Shown: positions 40,210-51,993 of the stretch, one piece after another
How positions within the stretch are numbered: position 1 is the stretch's first letter
Layout: the number at the start of each line of letters is the position of its first letter
From: Rhodocyclaceae bacterium
GTDB lineage: Bacteria; Pseudomonadota; Gammaproteobacteria; Burkholderiales; Rhodocyclaceae
Reading direction: 5' to 3'
Assembly: GCA_023150275.1 (NCBI GenBank)
Contig: JAKLLG010000002.1
Location: 12,511-76,510, forward strand
DNA: 64,000 nucleotides
Position numbers and translations under genes: made by a program
Notes under the pieces: generated by a model
Seen by the model: only the letters and a program-made list of their open reading frames with translations
Databases searched by the model: none
Told to the model about the DNA's origin: nothing

Positions 40210-40439
40210 TGTAGCCATTTCAGCCCATCGTCTGCCGCTGTCAGCAGTTCGCCAACTTGCCGGTGTAGCGCTATTTCATTCCAAACGTTTGCTATGGCCG
40301 GTAAGCCAAGGTAAGCCGAAGTTCGAGAGCCGCCTCCTTGTTAATGCTAAATGCATTTTCCAAGGGGTGGTTGCGGAAAGGGGGGCGTTCTCATGGGCTG
40401 CCGAGTGCATACCATCAGGCTTTTTGTTGGAACCTTACC

Positions 40440-40472
40440 GTGCAAATTCTCCAAATAAGTGATAATTTGCAC
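40440..40472 (+). promoter_or_regulatory. inverted repeat GTGCAAATT-N15-AATTTGCAC abutting the start of the DUF4143 ATPase gene
   Basis: Perfect 9-bp arms in an AT-rich (~45% GC) patch at 40290-40474. Ends 2 nt before the ATG at 40475. Confidence 0.45.
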
Positions 40473-40474
40473 GG

Positions 40475-41656
40475 ATGAATCCTCGTTCAGCACAATCCGA
40501 TCTCGCCCGATTGCTATCGGAATTTCCGGCTGTCGTTCTGCTGGGGCCGCGTCAGGCTGGCAAGACGACGCTGGCGCTCGCCGAAGCCGGGCGGCGCGGC
40601 GACGCTCTGTATCTCGACCTTGAGCTGCCGTCGGCGCAGCGCCAGCTCGACGATCCCGAGGCCTTTCTGCTGGCGCATCCAAAGCGCTTGGTCATTCTTG
40701 ATGAGGTGCAGCGCATTCCGGAACTGTTCGCCATCCTGCGCGGTGTCATCGACCTGCGTCGGCGGGCGGGCGAGGCCGCCGGCCAGTTCCTGCTGCTCGG
40801 CTCCGCTTCCGGGGTGTTGCTGCAGCAGGCCAGCGAAAGCCTGGCTGGCCGGGTGGCGCAACTTGAACTGACGCCGTTTCAGGCGCGGGAAGTGATCGCG
40901 CCGGAAAGCGACGACATGCTCCGCTCGCTCAACGCGCTTTGGGTGCGGGGCGGTTTTCCGCTGGCCTGGCTGGCCGGCGACGATGCTGCCAGCCTGCGCT
41001 GGCGCGAGGCTTTCATTGCCACTTATCTGGAGCGGGACATCCCGGCGCTCGGCCCGCGCATTCCCGCGACGACCTTGCGCCGGTTGTGGACGATGCTGGC
41101 GCACGCGCAGGGCGGCCTGCTCAACCAGTCGCAACTGGCGGCCTCGCTGGCCGTCAGCGGGCAGACGGTGGCGCGCTACATCGATCTGCTCTGCGATCTG
41201 ATGCTCGTGCGCCGCCTGCCGGCCTGGCACGGCAATGTCGGCAAGCGGCTGGTGCGTGCGCCCAAGGTGTACGTGCGCGACAGCGGCCTCGTTCATGCCT
41301 TGCTCGGCCTTGCCGATCTGGACGCGATACTGTCGCACCCGGTTGCCGGTGCCAGTTGGGAGGGCTTCGTCGTCGAGCAGTTGCTGGCTGCGGCGCCGGA
41401 GGCGGAAGCGAGTTTCTATCGCACCTCGCACGGTGCCGAAGCCGATCTGGTGTTGACGTTGCGAAACGGGGATGTCTGGGTGGTCGAGATCAAGCGTTCC
41501 TCGGCGCCCACGGTGTCGAAGGGGTTTCATCTGGCGGCGGTCGATGTCGGCGCCAGCCGCAAGCTGCTGGTGGCGCCGGTGGCGAGCACCTATCCGCTGC
41601 GCGAGGGGATCGAGGTAATGAATCCGCTGGCGGCGGCGAAGTTGCTCGCCGGGTAA
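40475..41656 (+). CDS. AAA+ ATPase with C-terminal DUF4143 (COG1373 family)
   Basis: Walker A GPRQAGKTTL and Walker B LVILDEVQ. The C-terminal GASWEGFVVEQL is typical of the DUF4143 family. Confidence 0.75.
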   Translation: MNPRSAQSDLARLLSEFPAVVLLGPRQAGKTTLALAEAGRRGDALYLDLELPSAQRQLDDPEAFLLAHPKRLVILDEVQRIPELFAILRGVIDLRRRAGEAAGQFLLLGSASGVLLQQASESLAGRVAQLELTPFQAREVIAPESDDMLRSLNALWVRGGFPLAWLAGDDAASLRWREAFIATYLERDIPALGPRIPATTLRRLWTMLAHAQGGLLNQSQLAASLAVSGQTVARYIDLLCDLMLVRRLPAWHGNVGKRLVRAPKVYVRDSGLVHALLGLADLDAILSHPVAGASWEGFVVEQLLAAAPEAEASFYRTSHGAEADLVLTLRNGDVWVVEIKRSSAPTVSKGFHLAAVDVGASRKLLVAPVASTYPLREGIEVMNPLAAAKLLAG

Positions 41657-41681
41657 GCGCGTTTGCTCGGGGGCGTGCGGC

Positions 41682-42989
41682 TTATACCGCCCGCTTGTCA
41701 ATCACCCGCCGCGCCTTGCCCTCCGGCCTGGGCAGATGTCCCGGATCGAGAATGCTGACGCGCGTGGTGACGCCGAGCCAGCCCTTGATCTCGTGCTGCA
41801 GCCCCTTTGCCGCGTTCTGCTTCATCTCGGTGCTGGCATGCGCAAATTCCGGCTTCACTTCGACCAGTACTTCCATCTGGTCGAGCGGACCTTCGCGGTA
41901 GACCTCCAGCAGGTAGTGGCCGGAGAGTTGCGGCTGCTTGAGGATCAGTTCCTCGATGTGGCCGGGGAAGAGGTTCACGCCGCGGATGATCAACATGTCG
42001 TCGGAGCGGCCGGTAATCTTGCTCATGCGCCGGAACGAGCGCGCAGTGGGCGGCAGCAGGCGGGCGAGGTCGCGCGTGCGGTAGCGGATGACCGGCAGCG
42101 CTTCCTTGGTCAGCGAGGTGAACACCAGTTCGCCGAGTTCGCCGTCGGGCAGCACTTCGCCGGTTTCGGGGTGGATGATCTCGGGGTAGAAGTGGTCTTC
42201 CCAGATTACCGGGCCGTCTTTCGCTTCGATGCATTCGCAGGCGACGCCGGGGCCGATCACTTCCGAGAGGCCGTAGAGATCCATCGCGTCGATGCCGAGT
42301 CGCGTCTGGATCTCGCTACGCATGCCTTCGCCCCACGGTTCGGCGCCGAAGCAGCCGATGCGCAGGCTGCAGGCGGCGGGGTCCATGCCTTGGCGCACGA
42401 ATTCGTCGGCGATGTTGAGTGCGTAGGAGGGCGTGGCGACGATCATCGTCGGCTTGAAGTCGCGAATCAACTGAACTTGCTTGGCGGTCTGGCCGCCGCC
42501 CATCGGGATGACCGTGCAGCCGAGGCGTTCGGCGCCGTAATGGACACCGAAGCCGCCGGTGAACAGGCCGTAGGCGTGAGCGATCTGTACGATGTCGTCG
42601 GGGCCGGCGCCAGCCGCGTGCAGTGAGCGCGCCATCAGATTGGCCCACATGTCGATGTCGTTCTTCGTATAGCCGACTACCGTCTGCTTGCCGGTGGTGC
42701 CGGAGGAGGCGTGGATGCGTACGATATCCCGCATCGGCACGGCGAGCATGCCGTAAGGGTAGTTGTTGCGCAGATCCTGCTTGTTGGTGAACGGAAAGCG
42801 GGCCAGATCGGCGAGACTCTTCAACTCGTCCGGATGAACACCCGCGGCATCGAATTTCTCCCTGTAGGTCGCAACGTTGGCATAGGCATGGGCAAGCGTT
42901 GTTTTCATCCGCGCGAGCTGCAGCGCTGCAATTTCATCGCGGCTGGCACGTTCGATCGGTTCAAACAGGGAGCTGGTTTGGGCAGACAT
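41682..42989 (-). CDS. paaK: phenylacetate--CoA ligase
   Basis: Near-collinear match to E. coli PaaK from memory (PIERASRDEIAALQ..., SSGTTGKQTVVGYT, IRYRTRDL). ATG at 42989; the GTG at 43001 gives a 4-aa extension. Confidence 0.85.
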   Translation of the reverse strand: MSAQTSSLFEPIERASRDEIAALQLARMKTTLAHAYANVATYREKFDAAGVHPDELKSLADLARFPFTNKQDLRNNYPYGMLAVPMRDIVRIHASSGTTGKQTVVGYTKNDIDMWANLMARSLHAAGAGPDDIVQIAHAYGLFTGGFGVHYGAERLGCTVIPMGGGQTAKQVQLIRDFKPTMIVATPSYALNIADEFVRQGMDPAACSLRIGCFGAEPWGEGMRSEIQTRLGIDAMDLYGLSEVIGPGVACECIEAKDGPVIWEDHFYPEIIHPETGEVLPDGELGELVFTSLTKEALPVIRYRTRDLARLLPPTARSFRRMSKITGRSDDMLIIRGVNLFPGHIEELILKQPQLSGHYLLEVYREGPLDQMEVLVEVKPEFAHASTEMKQNAAKGLQHEIKGWLGVTTRVSILDPGHLPRPEGKARRVIDKRAV

Positions 42990-43190
42990 TGGCGCATTCA
43001 CGGGGCAATCAAGCGGCTGATGCTAATGGCGAGTTTACTGGTGTCGATATGAGATGGATCAATTTCCGGTCTATCAGGAAACGGCAGACCTACTGGCCAG
43101 CGCTGCCGTTCGCGACGGGGCGGGAGCGCGATTATGAGCGGCGCGCTACCGCGAGCGGCATTTCTGATGATTATTACGGTACGCGAATCT

Positions 43191-45422
43191 TCAGCTGTTG
43201 TCGTGCAGCCATTTTCCGATATCGTCGGCACCCATCGGGCGCGCAAAGTAGTAGCCCTGTGCTTCGTGGCAGCCGAGGGCGCGCAGCAACTCGAGCTGCC
43301 GGACATCCTCCACGCCTTCGGCGATCAGCGCCATGTTCAGCTTGTGTCCGAGCGCAATGATCATCTCGGTGATACGCGCGCCTTCCTCGCCATTGCCGAT
43401 ATTGGCGACGAAGGAGCGGTCGATCTTGAGGCGATCGATCGGCAGGCGGTCGAGGTATGAAAGCGAGGAGAAGCCGGTTCCGAAATCGTCGATGGCGATG
43501 GTGACGCCGAGTGCCTTCAGCGCCTGCAGCTTGACTTCGACTTCGGCGGCGTTGGCCATGGCCACGGATTCGGTGATTTCGAGTTCGACCCGTGCCGCGG
43601 GAACACCGGTTTCGCGGATGGCAGCAGCAACGCTGTCGATGAAATCCTCGGCCTGGAACTGCACGACGGAGACGTTGATCGCCATGCGTAGTCCCTGCCA
43701 TCCGGCCTCCGCTAAACGATGCAGCGTGCGCAGGGCCGAACGCATGATCCAGCGCCCCATGCCGTTGATCAGTCCGGATTGCTCGGCCAGCGGGATGAAG
43801 CGGTCTGGCGGAATGAAATCGCCTTTGTCGTCGCGCCAGCGCATCAAGGCCTCGAAGCCGAGCGGCTTGCCAGTCTGCGCATCCACTTGCGGTTGATAGG
43901 CGACGAAAAGTCGCTCGTGCTGGAATGCGGCATGCAGGCTGTGCAGCAGATGCGTTCGTTCGCGGGTTTCCAGGCCGATTTCTTCGGTGTAGACCGCATC
44001 TCGTCCGGGACCTTCGGTGCGCGCGAGCTTGACGGCGAGGCTCGCGTTCTTGATTGCATCATTGCCGCTGCGTACTTCTGCGAGGTGCGCGAAGCCCATG
44101 CTTATCGAGAGCTGGTGAAGCACTTCATCGTCGATGAGCAGCGGTTCGGAGAGCAGGGGCCGCAGCTTCTCCGGCCGTACGGCCCAGGAGAGTCCGAGTA
44201 CGCCAAAGGTGTCGCCAGAGATGCGGGCAATGCGGCACGATTCTCCGAGCGCGCCGTCGAGCCGCTGGGCAACGCCGCGCAGCACGGCATCGCCATAGCC
44301 ATGGCCGAAGGTTTCGTTGGTTTCGGCGAACTGGTCGATGTCGATGAGGCCGACGGTATAGCCTGCTGTCGTTCCGGTCTGGATGTGTTCATCGATGGCC
44401 TCGATGAAGGCGGTACGTGTCGGCAGTCTGACCAGTCGATCGAGGTAGGCCTGATCGTGCAGGCGGGCCAGCAGGCGGGTGTTTTCGGCACAGACTGCGA
44501 TATTCGAGCAGAACACCTGCAGCAGGTGCTGGTCGATTTCCGAGAGCAGTGCAGGCGAATCAATGAAGGCCGCGAAATGGTTGCCGCTGCGTGCGGGGAA
44601 GAAAAGCGCGACGGCGTCGTTTTCTATCAGGTTGGTCTTTTGCGACAGGCAGCGGCACAGGGCCCCGCGAACGCGCTCGCTGTCGATTTCCTCAAGCTTT
44701 CGCTGGACCAGCCCGGCGAAGCGGCCGGCCGCCGCCACGACGACGATGATCGGTTCACGGCCTTCCTTTCCTTCGCTGTCGGTGGGTTGTTCTTGTGCGC
44801 AGACCAGCCCCTCGGCGCCGACGCCGAGCAGCGCCGCAATCTGGGTAATGATGCCGGCTGCGAAGGCCTGCAGGCCGTTCTCGGCAACCAGCCGTCCGCT
44901 CGCGGCGACGATCAGTTCGAGGCCGCGCCGGCTCGCATCAAGTTTGCATATCTGATCGTAGGAGCGGATTGCCGCCGTGACCGAGGTGTAGAGCCGCGTC
45001 CGTGTGAGCTCGTTCTTGGTCTTGTAGTCGTTGATGTCGTAGTCGCGGATGGCCGACAGCTCGGGGGCATAGCCCGGCTGGCCGGTGCGCAGGATGATGC
45101 GCGGCGTAGTCAGCTGCATATGCTTGCGGATATGCTCGACGAGGCGTAGCCCTGCATCCTCGCTTTCCATGACCACATCGAGGAGGATGACCGCAATGTT
45201 GTCTTCCTGCGCCAGCAGCGATTCTGCCTCGCGGGCCGAGTAGGCATGCAGGAAGATGAGCGGATGTCCGAGGATCTCCAGCCCCTGCAGTGCGAACGTC
45301 GTCGCCTGGTGCACGTCTTCATCGTCATCGACGATGAGGATCTTGCGGGTGTGGACCGCAACCGCAGTGAGCGGCGATTCGCGCTCGTCCGCGAAGGTCA
45401 GGAGATCGTCATCGCTTTGCAT
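43191..45422 (-). CDS. response regulator REC-(GAF-like)-GGDEF(degenerate SGDTF)-EAL
   Basis: Receiver ILIVDDDEDVH...ILLDVVME. RISGDTFGV replaces RxGGDEF. The EAL domain has GFEALMRW and DDFGTGFSSLSYL intact. Confidence 0.85.
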   Translation of the reverse strand: MQSDDDLLTFADERESPLTAVAVHTRKILIVDDDEDVHQATTFALQGLEILGHPLIFLHAYSAREAESLLAQEDNIAVILLDVVMESEDAGLRLVEHIRKHMQLTTPRIILRTGQPGYAPELSAIRDYDINDYKTKNELTRTRLYTSVTAAIRSYDQICKLDASRRGLELIVAASGRLVAENGLQAFAAGIITQIAALLGVGAEGLVCAQEQPTDSEGKEGREPIIVVVAAAGRFAGLVQRKLEEIDSERVRGALCRCLSQKTNLIENDAVALFFPARSGNHFAAFIDSPALLSEIDQHLLQVFCSNIAVCAENTRLLARLHDQAYLDRLVRLPTRTAFIEAIDEHIQTGTTAGYTVGLIDIDQFAETNETFGHGYGDAVLRGVAQRLDGALGESCRIARISGDTFGVLGLSWAVRPEKLRPLLSEPLLIDDEVLHQLSISMGFAHLAEVRSGNDAIKNASLAVKLARTEGPGRDAVYTEEIGLETRERTHLLHSLHAAFQHERLFVAYQPQVDAQTGKPLGFEALMRWRDDKGDFIPPDRFIPLAEQSGLINGMGRWIMRSALRTLHRLAEAGWQGLRMAINVSVVQFQAEDFIDSVAAAIRETGVPAARVELEITESVAMANAAEVEVKLQALKALGVTIAIDDFGTGFSSLSYLDRLPIDRLKIDRSFVANIGNGEEGARITEMIIALGHKLNMALIAEGVEDVRQLELLRALGCHEAQGYYFARPMGADDIGKWLHDNS

Positions 45423-45503
45423 GGCAGTCTGGAGTTCCGCCCGGGATCGATGTTCGCAAGCCTACAGAATAGGCGAGTCGCAAAACCGATGCAACGAGAA
45501 TGG

Positions 45504-46205
45504 CTACCAGGCCGGGGTCGAACTCGGCGGCGGTGGCGGAGGGGCTGGCAGCCAGATGCCGGATGCGCCCCAGGCAGCGCCTGTCCCGATGATCGCGGCA
45601 GCGATGAAGGCGACGATGCCGCCCCCGCTGGCCGGGCGCCCGGCGTGCTCCTTCCAGCCGGTCAGCATTGGCTTCACCAGATTGTCCTTTTTCACGCGGG
45701 CATAGAAGACAATCGCCGCGACATGCAGCACGATCAGGGCGATCAACAGATTCGTCATCAGCTTGTGCAGGCCGGTCGCCCGGTCCGAGAGCGTCTTGCC
45801 GACAAGTTCGAAGAGCGGGCCGCGGAAGGCGATGTCATCGTTGCCGATGAGGCCGGTCGCGAGTTGCAGCACGATGAGCCCGAGTAGTCCGAAAACCGAC
45901 AGCGCACCGAGCGGGTTGTGTCCCGGTGTGGACCACTCGCCTCGCAGGTAGGCACGCAGTCGATACGGCGTCGGGAAAAAACTCGCGAAGCGGGCATAGG
46001 TGGAGCCGGCAAAGCCCCAGACGATCCGGAATGCGATCAGCGCGACCAGCGCCAGCCCGATGCGGCCGTGCCAGTCGATCAGGTTGCCGCCAACCTTGCC
46101 GGTGACGATCATGGCCGCGATCAGAAGCACGAGCACCCAATGGAAGATTCGGGTGGGCAGGTCCCAGACCCGGATACGGGGATGTGTCAAAGTTGTGTCC
46201 TCCAC
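45504..46205 (-). CDS. cytochrome b561 / Ni-Fe hydrogenase b-type cytochrome family protein
   Basis: Four TM helices with conserved His residues (RIFHWVLVLL, HKLMTNLLIALIVLHV). GTG start. Confidence 0.7.
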   Translation of the reverse strand: MEDTTLTHPRIRVWDLPTRIFHWVLVLLIAAMIVTGKVGGNLIDWHGRIGLALVALIAFRIVWGFAGSTYARFASFFPTPYRLRAYLRGEWSTPGHNPLGALSVFGLLGLIVLQLATGLIGNDDIAFRGPLFELVGKTLSDRATGLHKLMTNLLIALIVLHVAAIVFYARVKKDNLVKPMLTGWKEHAGRPASGGGIVAFIAAAIIGTGAAWGASGIWLPAPPPPPPSSTPAW

Positions 46206-46268
46206 AAAGCAAAAGGCGGGAAGGTTGCCCTTGCCCGCCTCGTTTCGACCGAACCTGCCTGCAGGGGT

Positions 46269-47216
46269 TCAGACCACCGCACCATCCTCGTTCGCACCTT
46301 CGACCTGCTTCTTCGCGGGCTTGATGAATTGTTCGCGCGAAACGCCCAGCCACATGACCAGCGGCGAGGCTACCAGCACCGACGAATAGATGCCGAAGCA
46401 GATGCCGATGGTCAATGCCAGCGAGAAATAGTAGAGCGTCTCGCCGCCGAAGATCAGCATCGACAACACCATCAACTGCGTCGAACCGTGGGTGATGATC
46501 GTCCGGCTGATCGTGCTGGTGATGGCGTGATCGAGCACCTGCGGCGTGGAGAGGCCGCGCACCTTCCTGAAGGTTTCGCGCACGCGGTCGAAGACGACTA
46601 CCGATTCGTTCACCGAATAGCCGAGCACCGCGAGCACCGCGGCCAGCACCGACAGCGAGAACTCCCACTGGAAGAAGGCGAAGAAACCGAGAATGATGAT
46701 CACGTCGTGCAGGTTGGCGATGATCGCCGACACCGAGAAGCGCCATTCGAAGCGGAAGGCCAGGTAGATCATGATGCCGAGCACGACCACCAGCAGCGCC
46801 AGCGCGCCGTTCTCGGCAAGTTCCTTGCCCACCTGCGGGCCGACGAATTCCACGCGCTGCAGCGTCGCGCCGGGGGCGCCCTCGCTCAGCGCCGTCATCA
46901 CCGATTCGCCCATGCGCGCGGTGTTCTGCTCGGCCTTCAGCGGCAGGCGGATGAGCACGTCACGCGAGGAGCCGAAATTCTGCACCGCGAAATCGCTGTA
47001 GCCGGCCTTGCCGAGCGCACCGCGCACCTTTTCAAGCTCGGCGGCCTGCTGGTAGCTGACTTCCACCAGCGTGCCGCCAGTGAATTCCACCGAAAGGTGC
47101 AGACCGCGCGTGGCGAGGAAAAACACCGCGAGCAGGAAGGTGATCAAGGAGATGATGTTGAACTTCAGCGCATGGCGCATGAAGGGGATGTCTTTTCTGA
47201 TGCGGAAGAATTCCAT
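46269..47216 (-). CDS. secF: protein translocase subunit SecF
   Basis: MEFFRIRKDIPFMRHALKFNIISLITFLLAVFF. Conserved SecF. Confidence 0.9.
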   Translation of the reverse strand: MEFFRIRKDIPFMRHALKFNIISLITFLLAVFFLATRGLHLSVEFTGGTLVEVSYQQAAELEKVRGALGKAGYSDFAVQNFGSSRDVLIRLPLKAEQNTARMGESVMTALSEGAPGATLQRVEFVGPQVGKELAENGALALLVVVLGIMIYLAFRFEWRFSVSAIIANLHDVIIILGFFAFFQWEFSLSVLAAVLAVLGYSVNESVVVFDRVRETFRKVRGLSTPQVLDHAITSTISRTIITHGSTQLMVLSMLIFGGETLYYFSLALTIGICFGIYSSVLVASPLVMWLGVSREQFIKPAKKQVEGANEDGAVV

Positions 47217-47229
47217 GACGTGTTTCCCC

Positions 47230-49098
47230 TTACTTGCCTGCCTGGACCGCCGGTTTCCAGATCTGTCCGATCGACAGGCTGGTGACCTTCTTGCGGCGGC
47301 CGTAGATGAGATTGACGAGGGCACGCGAAACGACGACCGACGAGAAGATCGAGGTCAGGATGCCAAGGCAGTGCACCACCGCGAAACCGCGCACCGGGCC
47401 AGAACCGAAGACCAGCAGCGCGAGGCCGGCGATCAGCGTGGTGATGTTCGAGTCGAGAATGGTGTCGAAGGCGCGTTCGTAGCCGGCCGCAATCGCTGCC
47501 TGCGGCGTGGCGCCGTTACGCAGTTCCTCGCGGATGCGCTCGTTGATGAGCACGTTGGCGTCGATCGCCATGCCCAGCGTCAGCGCGATGGCCGCGATGC
47601 CGGGCAGGGTCAGCGTGGCCTGCAGGAGTGACAGCAGCGCCACGAGGAAGAGCAGGTTGGCGGCGAGCGCGGTGACCGAAATGGCGCCGAAGAGCAGGTA
47701 ATAGGCGATCATGAACACGGCAATTGCCGCGAAGCCCCACAGCGTCGAATCGAAACCCTTCTTGATGTTCTCTGCGCCGAGCGACGGGCCGATGGTGCGT
47801 TCCTCGATGATCTCCATCGGTGCGGCGAGACTGCCGGCGCGCAGCAGCAGTGCGGTGTCATTGGCTTCCACCGTGCTCATGCGGCCGGAGATCTGCACGC
47901 GGCCACCGCCGATTTCGGCGCGGATCACCGGTGCGGTGACGACTTCGCCCTTGCCTTTTTCGATCAGCAGGATGGCCATGCGCTTGCCGACGTTTTCGCG
48001 CGTGACATCCTTGAAGATGCGGGCGCCGGCGGAATCGAGGGTGAGGTGCACCGCTGGTTCCTGCGTCTGATTGTCGAAGCCGGGTTGCGCGTCGGTGAGA
48101 CGGTCGCCGGTCAGCACCACCTGCTTCTTGACCAGCAAGGGGGCGCCGCCACGCTCGACGTAGAGCTCGGTACCGAACGGTACCTGGCCGGCCTGAGCGG
48201 CCTCCAGTGCGCCCGGCGTATCGTCCACCATGCGCACTTCCAGCGTTGCGGTGCGGCCGAGGATGTCCTTGGCCTTGGCGGTGTCCTGCACGCCCGGGAG
48301 CTGCACCACGATACGGTCGGCGCCCTGTTGCTGGATCACCGGCTCGGCGACGCCAAGCTCGTTGATGCGGTTGTGCAGCGTGGTGATGTTCTGCTTCAGC
48401 GCGAATTCCTGGATGCGCTTGATCGCTTCCGGCTTCAGGGTGGCGACGATGCGCAGATCGCTGCCGTCGCCCTGATCGGTCAGCTGCAGATCCTGCTGGT
48501 TGTCGGCGAGCGCGTTGCGCCCCTTGTCGCGCGTATCGGCCTCGCGGAAACGGATCGTGATGCGGTCGCCGTCGCGGCTGATGCCGGCATGGCGCACGTT
48601 CTTGTCGCGGAAGAGGCTGCGCAGATCGGCAGCCGTCGAATCCAGCCGCTTGGTGAGCGCGCCCTTCATATCCACCTGCAGCAGGAAATGCACGCCGCCG
48701 CGCAGGTCGAGGCCGAGGTACATCGGCAGGGCACCCATGCCCGTCAGCCACTTCGGCGAGGCCGAGAGCAGGTTCAGTGCAACCACGTACTGCGGATCCT
48801 GCGGATCGGGGTTGAACTGCTTTTCGAGCACATCCTTCGCCTTCAGCTGCGTGTCGGTATCCTTCAGGCGAACCTTGACGCCGTTCGTGTCGAGAAAGAT
48901 GCCGTCATGAACGACGCCCGCTGACTTGAGCGTGGTTTCTGCGCGGTCCAGCGTCTTCGTGTCGACCTTGATCGTCGCCTTCACGCTGGAGACCTGAACG
49001 GCCGGAGACTCGCCGAAGAAATTCGGAAGCGTGTAGATGAAGCCGATCACCAGTGCGACGGCGACAGTGATGTACTTCCAGAGGGGATATCGGTTCAT
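47230..49098 (-). CDS. secD: protein translocase subunit SecD
   Basis: MNRYPLWKYITVAVALVIGFIYTLPNFFGE. Conserved SecD. Confidence 0.9.
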   Translation of the reverse strand: MNRYPLWKYITVAVALVIGFIYTLPNFFGESPAVQVSSVKATIKVDTKTLDRAETTLKSAGVVHDGIFLDTNGVKVRLKDTDTQLKAKDVLEKQFNPDPQDPQYVVALNLLSASPKWLTGMGALPMYLGLDLRGGVHFLLQVDMKGALTKRLDSTAADLRSLFRDKNVRHAGISRDGDRITIRFREADTRDKGRNALADNQQDLQLTDQGDGSDLRIVATLKPEAIKRIQEFALKQNITTLHNRINELGVAEPVIQQQGADRIVVQLPGVQDTAKAKDILGRTATLEVRMVDDTPGALEAAQAGQVPFGTELYVERGGAPLLVKKQVVLTGDRLTDAQPGFDNQTQEPAVHLTLDSAGARIFKDVTRENVGKRMAILLIEKGKGEVVTAPVIRAEIGGGRVQISGRMSTVEANDTALLLRAGSLAAPMEIIEERTIGPSLGAENIKKGFDSTLWGFAAIAVFMIAYYLLFGAISVTALAANLLFLVALLSLLQATLTLPGIAAIALTLGMAIDANVLINERIREELRNGATPQAAIAAGYERAFDTILDSNITTLIAGLALLVFGSGPVRGFAVVHCLGILTSIFSSVVVSRALVNLIYGRRKKVTSLSIGQIWKPAVQAGK

Positions 49099-49159
49099 GC
49101 CTGTGCGGATGCCAGAGATGCAGGGGAGGAGCGGACGATGGTGTCCGCCCCGGAGAGGG

Positions 49160-49492
49160 TCAGCCGTTTGCCTTGAGGGTGCCCTTGGGCAGGACCAGCG
49201 CGATCGCCGGTTTCTGCACCTGCACTTCAACGCCCTCGGCGATATCGACGGTTACATAATTCTCGCCGATCTTGGTGACACGGCCGGCGATGCCGCCGCC
49301 GGTGACGACTTCGTCACCCTTGCCGAGCGCGTCGAGCATGGCCTGGTGTTCCTTGGCCTTTTTCTGCTGCGGGCGGATCATCAGGAACCACAGCACGACA
49401 AACATCAGGATGATGGGCAGCAGGCTCATCAGGCTGCCGCCCGGTTCGCCGGCACCAGCAGCGGCTTGCGCATATGCGGAACTAATCAGCAC
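49160..49492 (-). CDS. yajC: preprotein translocase subunit YajC
   Basis: GTG start. LWFLMIRPQQKKAKEHQAMLDALGKGDEVVTGGGIAGRV matches YajC. Confidence 0.85.
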   Translation of the reverse strand: MLISSAYAQAAAGAGEPGGSLMSLLPIILMFVVLWFLMIRPQQKKAKEHQAMLDALGKGDEVVTGGGIAGRVTKIGENYVTVDIAEGVEVQVQKPAIALVLPKGTLKANG

Positions 49493-49557
49493 GGGGTGTC
49501 TCCTCGTTCATTCGGTTCGGTTTTTCAAAGCGGGCAATTGTACCATCATGCGTTGGC

Positions 49558-51707
<2,150 letters not shown>

Positions 51708-51823
51708 GCGGGCGAGGTGTGCGGCGTCTGGACGGCGAGTAAAAGGGTGTGCCCCGGCTTGTTACGGGCGCGTGAATCGGGGATAATCCGCGCTCCTTCG
51801 GCTTGCGTCTCACGCAGGCCCTG

Positions 51824-51908
51824 GCCGAGATGGCGGAATCGGTAGACGCAGCGGATTCAAAATCCGCCGCCGAAAGGCGTGAGGGTTCGAGTCCCTCTCT
51901 CGGCACCA
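51824..51908 (+). tRNA. tRNA-Leu (anticodon CAA)
   Basis: Acceptor stem gccgaga/tctcggc. Anticodon loop ttCAAaa. Long variable arm. T-arm gaggg-ttcgagt-ccctc. Discriminator A followed by CCA. Confidence 0.85.
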
Positions 51909-51993
51909 TGGCAGCACGGCAGAAAAAGCGCGCGCAAGTATATCACCCATGCCCATTTCGCCCGGTCCCGCTGCACGCCCCTCTGAAGAATTC

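Noticed and set aside
40088-40462. 124-aa ORF starting inside the TerB-like gene and running through the duplicated fragment
   Set aside because: Homology to the intact copy covers only ~25 aa. The remainder runs into AT-rich non-coding-looking sequence and there is no RBS. Treated as a gene remnant, not a CDS.
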